Below, piece after piece: positions 9,149-18,699 of a stretch of DNA of 64,000 nt. The stretch lies in the NCBI GenBank assembly GCA_038727135.1, contig JAVYWL010000004.1, forward strand, positions 92,644-156,643, in the 5' to 3' direction. Position 1 is the stretch's first letter, and every line of letters starts with the position of its first letter. The stretch is from Candidatus Bathyarchaeia archaeon (GTDB lineage Archaea > Thermoproteota > Bathyarchaeia > Bathyarchaeales > Bathycorpusculaceae). The notes beneath the pieces were generated by a model. It did no database searches, was not told the DNA's origin, and worked only from the letters and a program-made list of their open reading frames with translations. Position numbers and translations under genes: made by a program.

Positions 9149-10872
9149 TGGCTGAAATTCACCTAATCAAACTAGAAGAACTCAACGAGCACGAAGAAAC
9201 AGACCCAGAACACTTAAAAGAACTAATACGACAAATAGCCGCAGATAAAATCCTAAAGCACCCAATAGTTGTCGACGAAAAAACAAACACGATACTGGAT
9301 GGAGAACACCGCTTCAATGCCCTCAAAAGCCTTGGATGCAAAAGAATCCCGGTGATTTACGTGGATTATAGCTCTCCAAACATAGTGGTTCAAACATGGA
9401 GAAATGATTACAACCTAACGAAGAGGGACGTAATAGAAGCAGCCCTATCTAGGAAGCGTTTTCCACCTAAAACAACATGCCACATGATAAAGAACAGCGA
9501 AACCCTATCGCATATATCGTCAATTGAAAAAAGGGTTGACGTCCCCTTAGAAGTGCTGAAAAGCGAACTCACACTTACACCCATAAAGCGCATAAAAGCC
9601 GCCATGAATGTTGAACTCGCAGATGTTCTACCAACATATACTAGATTCCTTAAAACAGAAGTCGTCGATGTCCCCCTAATAATGGATAAAAGAACAGGCG
9701 TTTTAATACATGGCTATGAAGCCTTTCAAGCACTCGACCTACTTTCGGTAGAGAAAGCACCCACCTTTAGAGTGAACTTGAAGGAAGTGGAAATCAAAGC
9801 ATCAAACATGGAAAACTTTTCTAAGGAGAGAATTATTAAGGCTGGGATTAAGGGGCCAAAACTTCCACCAAAAAGTTTCACTCTTCTATCAGAACCAGTC
9901 AAAATTAACGTTCCACTGAAAAAGTTGATGACCAAAAGGAGGCAAAGCCGCAGGGTGCTAAAAGTTTACAATAGCACTTTAGAACTGCTTTACGAGGGTT
10001 GGCCGACCCCGCTCGTAAAGTTAAATTCCCTTTCTTCCGCTTCCCGGAGTGTTTGGGCTAAGCTTGAATGCTACAATCCCTTCAGTAACAGCGTAAAAGA
10101 CAGAATAGGCTGGGCCATGATTAAAGAGGCGGTGGAAAACGGAAAACTTAAAACAGCTTTGTATGAGGCAACATCCACAAACACTGGAATAGCCCTAACC
10201 TCCATAGCCAACATCCTCGGCGTGAAGACAAGGCTTTACATACCAAAAACCATACAGAGGGCAAGCGACACTTACCTAAAAGTTCTAGGAGCAGAAGTTG
10301 TAAGGCTTCCGGTAGGCCTAACCGTCGAGGCAATAAGCCAAGTAGAAAAGGAGGCAAAAACCGATAAGGCCGCCCACTTAAACCAGTTCGAAAACGACGC
10401 CAACTTCAAAGTCCACCTAAAATACACAGCCAGAGAAATAGATGAACAGCTAAACAGTCGAGGCTTAAAGCCCACATGCATAATCGGAGGACTTGGAACA
10501 TCAGGACACATGAGCGCCATATCCCACTACTTCAAAACCAAATACGGAGACAGCGTAAAAATTGTGGGCGTCCAACCAGCCCAAAACGAGGTTATCCCGG
10601 GCATAAGGCGAATAGAAACCGGCATGAAATGGTTTCATAACGCAACTTTCGACGAAATAGTAGACGTGAAACAGACAGAAGCCATAGAAGCCGCAATAGA
10701 ATTAGCGCGAAAAGAGGGTCTCATAATAGGGTTAAGCTCCGGAGCTGTTGCCCACGCCTTTCAAAAAACCGCCGGGGAAAAAGGCGTATACGTTCTAATT
10801 TTCCCAGACAGCGGATACAAATACGTGGAACAGTTCGAAAAATACTTGGCAAGTGTTCCGCCGAAAAACTAG
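9148..10872 (+). CDS. Fusion: ParB/Srx (SerK-like) domain x2 + PLP-dependent cysteine synthase
   Basis: HEE...PIVVD...ILDGEHR domain, a degenerate second copy, then PTPLV, SNSVKDR (PLP Lys), EATSTNTG, GLGTSGH, GLSSGA. Confidence 0.85.
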   Translation: MAEIHLIKLEELNEHEETDPEHLKELIRQIAADKILKHPIVVDEKTNTILDGEHRFNALKSLGCKRIPVIYVDYSSPNIVVQTWRNDYNLTKRDVIEAALSRKRFPPKTTCHMIKNSETLSHISSIEKRVDVPLEVLKSELTLTPIKRIKAAMNVELADVLPTYTRFLKTEVVDVPLIMDKRTGVLIHGYEAFQALDLLSVEKAPTFRVNLKEVEIKASNMENFSKERIIKAGIKGPKLPPKSFTLLSEPVKINVPLKKLMTKRRQSRRVLKVYNSTLELLYEGWPTPLVKLNSLSSASRSVWAKLECYNPFSNSVKDRIGWAMIKEAVENGKLKTALYEATSTNTGIALTSIANILGVKTRLYIPKTIQRASDTYLKVLGAEVVRLPVGLTVEAISQVEKEAKTDKAAHLNQFENDANFKVHLKYTAREIDEQLNSRGLKPTCIIGGLGTSGHMSAISHYFKTKYGDSVKIVGVQPAQNEVIPGIRRIETGMKWFHNATFDEIVDVKQTEAIEAAIELARKEGLIIGLSSGAVAHAFQKTAGEKGVYVLIFPDSGYKYVEQFEKYLASVPPKN

Positions 10873-10915
10873 AGGGGGTATCCAATTTAACAATTTTCAG
10901 ACCGCTAAAATTGAC
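10863..10915. repeat. Dispersed ~55-bp element, copy 1
   Basis: AAAACTAGAGGGGG..TATCCAATTTA...TAAAATTGAC, similar to 58224-58276. Confidence 0.6.
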
Positions 10916-11005
10916 GTTTGAAAGACGGAACGAGAAATTTGCTTTTAGCCTTCAGTGGCATGAATAAGTTTTTAAGCACCCTTTGTCCTTCTAAATGGGT
11001 TCAGA

Positions 11006-11419
11006 TTGTTAATGAAAGATTTAGCCACACTTAAAGTGAAAGTCAGCAGAATTATGACAAGAAACTTAATCACGGTTTCGGTGGGCAGCACAGTGGAAGA
11101 AGCCGTGAAAAGGATGATTGACAGTGATGTGGAATGTCTACCGGTTATAGACTCAAAAGGAATTTTACGTGGCTTACTAACCTTCAGAGACATAATCACA
11201 AAGGCCGTTTATTCACAAGCCGATGTAAGAAAGCTAAAAGTTGAAGACATAATGACAAAAGACCTTGTAACATGCAAACGCAACGACACTGTTCTTGATG
11301 TTGTCAAAACGATGAAGAATAAGCATCTTAGAAGAATCCCAGTTGTAAACACCAAAAACAAACTTGTAGGCCTAATAACAGACTTTGACCTGGCACTGTT
11401 CGGATGGAACTTCAAATAA
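11006..11419 (+). CDS. CBS domain pair protein
   Basis: Two CBS repeats (IMT...LPVID...G; IMT...RRIPVV...LVGLIT.FD). Confidence 0.92.
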   Translation: MLMKDLATLKVKVSRIMTRNLITVSVGSTVEEAVKRMIDSDVECLPVIDSKGILRGLLTFRDIITKAVYSQADVRKLKVEDIMTKDLVTCKRNDTVLDVVKTMKNKHLRRIPVVNTKNKLVGLITDFDLALFGWNFK

Positions 11420-11431
11420 GTTCTAAGGTTA

Positions 11432-11851
11432 CTAGCATCGGAACAAGCGTCCACCATAAATTTCTTCCAAAAGCCGCATGAGAATTTTTGCCTTACGCTT
11501 AAACTCTACATCGGAAACCGTGTGCCTCATGGGGCACAAATCATCCAACACTACGCCTTTGCCATCCACATAAACAACCGGGTAAAGGCGACACCCCAAA
11601 GGCCTTATCTTATAAACCCGACACCTCTTATCGGCGAGACTATAAAAATAGCACCAACCATTAACATTCTTAAGACGTGGCACCCCATCACAAACAACTA
11701 TAAAATCTTCTGGACGATAGCCAGCACTCGCCAACCTCTTCACATCATGATTTGAAAGCTCCATCTCAGTTTCATGGCAGCATTCCCCACAACCCGAACA
11801 ACGCATAAGAGACCCCCTAACGGCATGTTTTAACGGGGTAAATTCGAACAT
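11432..11851 (-). CDS. YkgJ-family cysteine-cluster (CxxCxxCC) protein
   Basis: CSGCGECC...CYFY...CRVYKIRPLGCRLYP. Confidence 0.9.
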   Translation of the reverse strand: MFEFTPLKHAVRGSLMRCSGCGECCHETEMELSNHDVKRLASAGYRPEDFIVVCDGVPRLKNVNGWCYFYSLADKRCRVYKIRPLGCRLYPVVYVDGKGVVLDDLCPMRHTVSDVEFKRKAKILMRLLEEIYGGRLFRC

Positions 11852-12028
11852 GCAATAGTGTGAATTTTCCGAACCATCCCTCCGCTAAGTCCTTATGAAA
11901 TTCTGATATTACCTAGGTTTCTTGGATTTTCATTGTTTTGCCCAGCATTTTTCCTTTTTATTCATCGCGTTACAGAGCGTTTCCTCGCTATATTTATCTA
12001 AATAACCTTTTATTCATGCGGTTCCCAT

Positions 12029-13453
12029 TCACTTCCCTTGATATTTGGCATAGGTGTCAAGTATAACCACGTAGGATTTTTCGCAGCCGGCTAGGCCTTG
12101 GACTTTTTGGTTTCCTTCAATGACGAAGTATTCATCTGGTGAATGTGCTCTTCCACCGTGTCCGAGTCCCGCGTCTATGAATGGTAGATATAATGGTCCA
12201 CGGTTAAAGAGGTAATATGGAACACTTGAAGCGGTCATCGGCCAGATTTCGGGTTCATACCCCATTTTTTGATATGCTTGGATTGTGGCTTGCACGATTG
12301 GTTCTTTGACGCTTGTTTTGGCCCATTCATATGGGTCTAAAGATCTAACAGTTATGTCCGTATATCCGTGCTTGTCAAGGTGTCTTCGAATTTTTCTTAC
12401 AATTTCTTCTGATTTCTGGTCTGGAACTAGCCTGGCATCCATTTTCACTATGATTTTATGTGGAAGCACTGTTTTTGAGCCTGGTCCAACGTATCCTGCA
12501 TATATCCCATCGATGTTTAGTGTTGTAGAGTAAAGGTATTGCAGGAGAAGCTCTTTGCCGTGTAAATCGTTTATGAATCTGTCAACTTTTATTTCATGTT
12601 TTATTGCTTCTTCATCGAATGTTTCTGCGAGTTTATCGATTAATTCGAGGTCTTCTTTTGTTGGTGGTTTTACATTTTCGTACCAGTCTTCAATTAGGAT
12701 TTTGTTTCCGTCTTCCGATGTCATGGTGGCTAAGGCGTGAATCATCCGCCATACTGGGCTATCAACCCAAGATTTATCGCTGCTATGAATATCAAATTCC
12801 TTGGGTCCTCTTCCCCAAAGTTTACCGCTGCATTCAAGTTCAACGTATTCTATGCCCTTGTAGCCTAGTGCCATGATCACTTTTCCTTTTTCATCTTGAC
12901 ATGCGTCCGGCCCGAAAAGCGCATCGGCCTTTAACATTTCCTTATGCTCTTTTACAAACTCTGCAAATGCGGTGCTTCCTAATTCTTCATCTCCCTGTGC
13001 TACAAACTTGAGGTTTACGGGAATCTCTTCTCCAACAGCCAAAATTGATTGAAGGGCGTTTAGAAATGCTATTAGGGGTCCTTTAGAGTTTATGGCTCCA
13101 CGTGCAACGACGCATTTCCCGAAGGGTTCAATGTCGACTAATCTTGCTTCCAATGGGGGGCTTGACCATTTCTCGCCTGTAAATGGTTGCGTGTCATACA
13201 TCATGTAGACAAGCAAGGTTTTTTCTGCATTTGCATCATATTCGCCATAAACTACAGGAAAGCTTCTAGTTTTAATGAGTCTCGTGTTTTTGCATCCAAG
13301 TTCATCAAGGTAACCTTTTAAAAGTTCAGCGCACTCTACCACACCATAGTTTTCAGCGGAGACGCTCGGCTGACGTAAAAACTCTTGTAGCCTTCTGATG
13401 TGTTCTTTAATATGGCCATCTATATATTTGCTAACTTTTTTAAAATTGACCAT
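12029..13453 (-). CDS. M20/M25/M40 metallopeptidase or deacylase
   Basis: YDTQP, ARGAINSKG, GDEELGS, DIHSS, AHSPDE. Confidence 0.9.
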   Translation of the reverse strand: MVNFKKVSKYIDGHIKEHIRRLQEFLRQPSVSAENYGVVECAELLKGYLDELGCKNTRLIKTRSFPVVYGEYDANAEKTLLVYMMYDTQPFTGEKWSSPPLEARLVDIEPFGKCVVARGAINSKGPLIAFLNALQSILAVGEEIPVNLKFVAQGDEELGSTAFAEFVKEHKEMLKADALFGPDACQDEKGKVIMALGYKGIEYVELECSGKLWGRGPKEFDIHSSDKSWVDSPVWRMIHALATMTSEDGNKILIEDWYENVKPPTKEDLELIDKLAETFDEEAIKHEIKVDRFINDLHGKELLLQYLYSTTLNIDGIYAGYVGPGSKTVLPHKIIVKMDARLVPDQKSEEIVRKIRRHLDKHGYTDITVRSLDPYEWAKTSVKEPIVQATIQAYQKMGYEPEIWPMTASSVPYYLFNRGPLYLPFIDAGLGHGGRAHSPDEYFVIEGNQKVQGLAGCEKSYVVILDTYAKYQGK

Positions 13454-13536
13454 GTTTCATCCCTTGAATAACGTGCATAATATAAGAAATATTTAAGACT
13501 TAAAAACACATGAGACAGATAGCGCATGGTGGCTTC

Positions 13537-15186
13537 ATGATGTTTGATCTGCTTATTAAAAATGGTCTTCTAATTGATGGTGCCGGTAACCCTTGGTTTA
13601 ATGCGGATTTAGGAATATCAAATGGGAAAATAGTCGAAATTAGCAGGCGGATTAACGCTAAAGCGGAGAGAATTATAGACGCGAAGGGGCTTATAGTTTC
13701 ACCGGGCTTCATAGATATTCACTCCCACTCTGATCTTACCCTTTTGATTAACCCGAGCGCAGATAGCAAAGTTAGACAAGGTGTCACCACAGAAGTTGTT
13801 GGAAATTGCGGCATGAGCGCCGCACCGGTAAGAAGAGAGAATCTGAGCTTGCTTAAAGATGAGTGGGGTTCTGGGGCCAATTACGTCGCATGGGATTGGA
13901 CCACGTTTGACGAGTACCTAAATCGACTGGAGGAGCGCAAAATATCGGTTAATGTGGCGTCTTTTGTTGGGCATGGTACAGTTAGGACAGCAGTCATCGG
14001 GGTTGATGACAGAGAACCTACTCGGAAGGAACTAGATGACATGAAAAGTTTGGTTGCAGAAGCCATGGAAGCAGGTGCATTTGGTTTATCAAGTGGACTG
14101 GTTTACCTTCCAGGATGTTTTGCCAAGACTCAAGAATTAATTGAACTTTGCAAGGTGGTGGCTGAATACGGAGGCATTTATACATCACATATACGTGGTG
14201 AAAGGGAAACCATCGTGGATGCATTGAAAGAGGCAATAGAGATAGGCGAGAAATCACATGTGCCAGTTCAAGTATCGCATAACTGTCCAAAATATGGCGG
14301 TCAAGGGAAGCTAATGGAAATGTTTAAAATTTACGAAGAAGCGAGGGCGCGGGGGGTTGAAGTAACATTTGATAATGATGCACACACAGACTTTAATGCA
14401 AAATTAAGCCAGGTGCTACCCCAGTGGGCGCAGGTGGGCGGAAGCGAAAAAATTGTTAAAAGATTGAAGAATCCACAAATTCGTGAAAGGATCAAAAGAG
14501 AAATAATTGAGGATAAACATCCCGGTCCGGGGTATGTAGGACTTGTAAAACATGGCCGCTGGGATAGAATCTTCCTATTCCATTGCAGAAAAAATAAGGA
14601 CTTAATTGGGAAAAGTATAGAAGAAATCGCAAAAGTTAGAAGTAAAGACCCATTTGATGTTTTTCTTGATTTAATAGTGGAAGAGAGAGGCGACGTAAGC
14701 GCTCTTTTTAATTACATGGAAGAAGATGATATACGCACATTGATGAAACATCCGCTGATGATGTTTTGCAGCGATGGTGTTGCATCCTCTAATCGGGGAA
14801 TTTTAAGAAGGATTACGGGATATTCGCCGTGCAGTTTTGGCGAGTATCCCTATATTTTACAGCGATTCGTTAGAGAGGAAAAAGTTTTGCCGCTTCAAGA
14901 GGCGATTAGGAAAATGACGTCATTTCCAGCTCAAAAATTGGGGTTAAGGGACCGCGGCCTACTTAGAGAGGGTATGTGGGCTGACATCGTTATTTTTAAT
15001 GCTGACACAATTAAAGATAGGGCAACAAACCGGTTTCCCTACAAATTTCCACTAGAAAATTATCCGCACAAATATCCGGAGGGCATAGAATATGTAATTG
15101 TGAACGGTGAGATCGTGGTTGAAAAAGGAAAACACAAAAATTGTTTTCCAGGGAAAGTTCTCCGTCATAAAAGTCTAATTAGTTAA
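13537..15186 (+). CDS. N-acyl-D-amino-acid deacylase (D-aminoacylase family)
   Basis: PGFIDIHSHSD, QGVTTEVVGNCG, SHIRGE, CSDG, AIRKMTS.PA. Confidence 0.9.
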   Translation: MMFDLLIKNGLLIDGAGNPWFNADLGISNGKIVEISRRINAKAERIIDAKGLIVSPGFIDIHSHSDLTLLINPSADSKVRQGVTTEVVGNCGMSAAPVRRENLSLLKDEWGSGANYVAWDWTTFDEYLNRLEERKISVNVASFVGHGTVRTAVIGVDDREPTRKELDDMKSLVAEAMEAGAFGLSSGLVYLPGCFAKTQELIELCKVVAEYGGIYTSHIRGERETIVDALKEAIEIGEKSHVPVQVSHNCPKYGGQGKLMEMFKIYEEARARGVEVTFDNDAHTDFNAKLSQVLPQWAQVGGSEKIVKRLKNPQIRERIKREIIEDKHPGPGYVGLVKHGRWDRIFLFHCRKNKDLIGKSIEEIAKVRSKDPFDVFLDLIVEERGDVSALFNYMEEDDIRTLMKHPLMMFCSDGVASSNRGILRRITGYSPCSFGEYPYILQRFVREEKVLPLQEAIRKMTSFPAQKLGLRDRGLLREGMWADIVIFNADTIKDRATNRFPYKFPLENYPHKYPEGIEYVIVNGEIVVEKGKHKNCFPGKVLRHKSLIS

Positions 15187-15220
15187 GCGTTCTGTTCCTG
15201 GAAAATTCCTTGAATTTCAT

Positions 15221-16648
15221 TCAACTTTTCAAGTCTTTAACCGCTGCTTTTAGTATTTCTTCAAGCCGCTTGCATAAGTCCTTATCTAATTGGGGAGGCT
15301 CATGTTCCGCTAAAATCTTTTTAGCCTTTTCTCGTGCAACTTCAACTATGCTTTTACAGCCCATTTTCTCCCATTGAGACCTTGAAGATCTATCTACAAG
15401 TTTTGGGATAAAATATTCCTCACGATAATGCTTTAGAGTATGTCTCTGTTGGAGAAAATTCGACGATTCATTCACAACTTTCGTTATGACATCTACTGCA
15501 AGTTTTTCTTCATCAAACGCTATGCCTCTAACCGCCCTAAATATCATCCCAAATATTTCATCATCAATAACCAATTGTTCATAGCTTACCGTGATACCGC
15601 TTTCGATGCATCCGGCGCCGGATAATGCATCGGCACCGGCTAATGCGGGCAAAATGCCGTTAAAAGCTCTTTCAAAGGCAGCTTGTTCGTCTAGCACTTT
15701 TGAGTCTGTGTCAAGACCATACACGTCGCAGGGAAGCCCGTAAAATTTGGCGAGTTGCACGCATCCAACAGACATTAATGCCGCTTCAATTCCATCACAT
15801 GCTTGGCCCGTGGACATGCTGAACGGTATGCATCTCGGAGAGTATTCCACGGGGTTGCCGGGGTTAAGAAGCTGTACCATCACTATTCCGGCTAGCATCT
15901 CAACATTTTGTTGGAGTATTGTTCCGGCCAATGTAACCGGGCTGGTTGCTCCGGAGAGGGGGCAGGGCAATACTGCAATGGGGATGTTATGGTTTGCTGC
16001 TCTAACCATTATTTTTGTGACATCCTTCGAAAATTGGAGGGGACTTGTTGGTGAAATACTCGTGGTTGCTATTGGGCGTTTCATCAGTTCCTCGTGTCCC
16101 ACAACCGTTTCAAGCATTCTAATTATGTATTGGTAGTTGGTGTCGTTATATGGAGTGGCATCAAAATTTTTACCGGTGTTTCTGATAATTGCCTCCACGG
16201 CATAGATGTCCCTTAAATGTTCTGGTACATCCGTTGGATAAACGATCATTGTTTGGCTGTGGATATTTGGGAGAAAATCCACAATTCTCGTTAGTTTTTC
16301 CACATCTTCCCTAGTGGAGGGCCGCATTTTACCCGAATCGAGGTCAATCACATTGGCTGCTCCGCCCACTGGATGAGTGTAAATTTTCCCGTCTCCAAGT
16401 GTGATATTATATTTTGGCTCTCTAGCATACAACGTTACCTGTTTAGGCGCCTTTTTTATGCACTCTTTAGCCAGACTAGCCGGAATTTTAGCTCTCTTAG
16501 TATTAAAGTCAACGTTTATTCCGTTATCGTTCAAAAATTTTAAAAAATCGTCATCATGGATCAGAACACCTACTTCTTCTAAGATTTTCAGGCTTGAAGA
16601 ATGTATTTTCTCGATTTGGTCTGAAGTAAGGAACTTTAACATCTTCAT
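15221..16648 (-). CDS. Trimethylamine methyltransferase MttB superfamily, non-pyrrolysine
   Basis: SPTSPLQF, LSGATSPVTLAG, TDSKVLDEQAAFER, LAGAD...GAG.IESG.TVSYEQLVIDDEI; no in-frame TAG. Confidence 0.9.
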   Translation of the reverse strand: MKMLKFLTSDQIEKIHSSSLKILEEVGVLIHDDDFLKFLNDNGINVDFNTKRAKIPASLAKECIKKAPKQVTLYAREPKYNITLGDGKIYTHPVGGAANVIDLDSGKMRPSTREDVEKLTRIVDFLPNIHSQTMIVYPTDVPEHLRDIYAVEAIIRNTGKNFDATPYNDTNYQYIIRMLETVVGHEELMKRPIATTSISPTSPLQFSKDVTKIMVRAANHNIPIAVLPCPLSGATSPVTLAGTILQQNVEMLAGIVMVQLLNPGNPVEYSPRCIPFSMSTGQACDGIEAALMSVGCVQLAKFYGLPCDVYGLDTDSKVLDEQAAFERAFNGILPALAGADALSGAGCIESGITVSYEQLVIDDEIFGMIFRAVRGIAFDEEKLAVDVITKVVNESSNFLQQRHTLKHYREEYFIPKLVDRSSRSQWEKMGCKSIVEVAREKAKKILAEHEPPQLDKDLCKRLEEILKAAVKDLKS

Positions 16649-16725
16649 TCCTTCTGTTATTGGAGTGCGTAAAATTTGCTATAAGATTCTTTGGAAATAT
16701 AAAGTTTAGTGTAAAAGACGAAATG

Positions 16726-17718
16726 TTATTTTATTTTATGACAAGCTACGTAATGTTCTTTTCCAACGTTAATAAGTTTTGGCTCCTCTTTTTTACAAAT
16801 TTCTTCCACAACCGGACATCGTGTGCAAAATCTACAACCGGGGGGTGGATCTATCGGGCTTGGAATTTCCCCTTTAATTGTTAACTTTGTGCGCCGCGAT
16901 TTTGGATCAGGCACCGGCACAGCAGATATAAGTGCGGTGGTGTATGGATGCATGGACTCATAAACGATGTCCTCAGCGCTTCCCATCTCCATTATTTTAC
17001 CAAGATACATTACTGCAATTCTGTTACACATGTGGCGAGCTATAGCCAGGTCATGTGTAATAAATAAGATTGAAACATTGAATTTTTCTATTAACTCCAC
17101 AATAAGATTGAGTATTTCTGCTCTTATTGACACGTCAAGCATTGAAACAGGCTCGTCTAAAACCACAAATTCTGGATTAACCACGAATGTTCTCGCTATG
17201 GCAACCCTCTGTCTCTGTCCTCCACTGAGTTCATGGGGATACCTGAACAAAAATTCTTCCGGAGGGACAAGCTTAACATCCTCTAAGGCTTTTATTACTC
17301 TTTCTTCAACTTCTTTTTCGCTGCCTACAATTTTTTGGATGCGCAGCCCCTCTGCAACAATATCCATCACTGTTTTTCTCGGATTTAGGGATTCGTAGGG
17401 ATCTTGGAAAACCATCTGCAATTTTCGTCGAATTTGTTTCATCTGGTTTCCGGAAAGATTCGTTATATCTCGGCCTTTAAAGAAAATTTTTCCGCTTGTC
17501 GGTTCGATCATTTTGACAGCTAATCTTCCGGTGGTTGTCTTTCCGCTTCCGCTTTCTCCAACAAGACCAAAAATTTCCTTCTTTTTAACATTAAAGTTTA
17601 TACCATCTACGGCTTTAACAAATGACTCTTTTTTCGAAAGTAAGGTTTTCAGAAAGCCCTTTCTAACATGGAACCATTTCCTTAAATCTGTCACTTCTAT
17701 TACTTTATCTTGAGACAT
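16726..17718 (-). CDS. Oligopeptide ABC transporter ATPase (OppF/DppF)
   Basis: GESGSGKT, LSGGQRQR, LDEP, C-terminal Cys-rich HPY domain. Confidence 0.95.
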   Translation of the reverse strand: MSQDKVIEVTDLRKWFHVRKGFLKTLLSKKESFVKAVDGINFNVKKKEIFGLVGESGSGKTTTGRLAVKMIEPTSGKIFFKGRDITNLSGNQMKQIRRKLQMVFQDPYESLNPRKTVMDIVAEGLRIQKIVGSEKEVEERVIKALEDVKLVPPEEFLFRYPHELSGGQRQRVAIARTFVVNPEFVVLDEPVSMLDVSIRAEILNLIVELIEKFNVSILFITHDLAIARHMCNRIAVMYLGKIMEMGSAEDIVYESMHPYTTALISAVPVPDPKSRRTKLTIKGEIPSPIDPPPGCRFCTRCPVVEEICKKEEPKLINVGKEHYVACHKIK

Positions 17719-17732
17719 TTTGTTCTCTCCGG

Positions 17733-18698
17733 TTAAAGATTTTCATATAAATGGCATGCCACAAAGTGATCTTCTCCCTTTATCTTCCTTAATGGCGGTT
17801 CTTGTTCACGGCAAAGGCTTTTTGCATACATGCATCTTGGATGAAATCTGCAACCTTTTGGGGGATTTAAGAGGTTTGGCGGAGAACCTGGAACTGCGCT
17901 GATTCTTGTTTTAGCAGATTTTATGTTTGGGAACGCATGAATTAAGCCTTTAGTGTAAGGATGAAGAGGTTCTTCAAATAAGTCTATAACATCTGCATAC
18001 TCAACTATCTTGCCGGCATACATTATGGCGGCTTTATCGCAAGTGTCGGCTATTATAGATAGATCGTGTGTTATAAGCATCACGGATAGGTTAAGTTTCT
18101 TCCTCAGCTCTTCCATGACGCTGAGCACTTGAGCTTGAACAATTACATCGAGGGCTGTTCCGGGTTCGTCAGCTATTAAAAGTTCTGGGTTACATGCCAA
18201 TGCCATTGCTATAAGTCCACGTTGTCTCATGCCACCGCTTAACTCGTGGGGATAACTTTTAACCCTCCCCCTTTCCATTCCAACCAGTTCTAATAACTCT
18301 TCTGCCCTGTGTAAAGCTTCCTTTTTGTCAAGTTTTGGCTCATGCGCCAGAATAGCTTCCACAATCTGATCCCCGAGTCTATAAAGTGGATCAAGTGCAT
18401 TCATGGCTCCTTGAAAAACTAATGCTATTTTTTTCCACCGAATTTGTTTCATTTGTTTTTCAGGAATTTTGACGATGTCAACACCGTTTAAAAGGATTTT
18501 ACCATCAACTATTCTGCCACTTGAAGGCAGAATTTTCATTATTGATAAGGCTACTGTAGTTTTACCGCAGCCAGATTCTCCAGCTAATCCTAAGGCTTGT
18601 CCTCGTTTAATTTCAAAACTAACACCATCTACAGCTTTTACTTGGCCTCTTCTTGTGGAGTAATATACCTTTAGGTTTTCGACGTTTAAGAGGGACGT
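17733..18698 (-). CDS. Oligopeptide ABC transporter ATPase (OppD/DppD); probable ACG start
   Basis: Listed ORF (18539) lacks Walker A; the frame extends upstream through GESGCGKT to (ACG)SLLNVENLKVYY at 18698. Confidence 0.9.
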   Translation of the reverse strand, partial: TSLLNVENLKVYYSTRRGQVKAVDGVSFEIKRGQALGLAGESGCGKTTVALSIMKILPSSGRIVDGKILLNGVDIVKIPEKQMKQIRWKKIALVFQGAMNALDPLYRLGDQIVEAILAHEPKLDKKEALHRAEELLELVGMERGRVKSYPHELSGGMRQRGLIAMALACNPELLIADEPGTALDVIVQAQVLSVMEELRKKLNLSVMLITHDLSIIADTCDKAAIMYAGKIVEYADVIDLFEEPLHPYTKGLIHAFPNIKSAKTRISAVPGSPPNLLNPPKGCRFHPRCMYAKSLCREQEPPLRKIKGEDHFVACHLYENL

Positions 18699-18699
18699 T

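Noticed and set aside
11852-12028. Direct repeats or att sites bounding the catabolic island
   Set aside because: No convincing match to the right boundary (23232-23337) by eye; no mobility gene inside
15221-16648. Pyrrolysine-containing MttB
   Set aside because: No in-frame TAG; Arg at the apparent Pyl position; no pyl genes in the window
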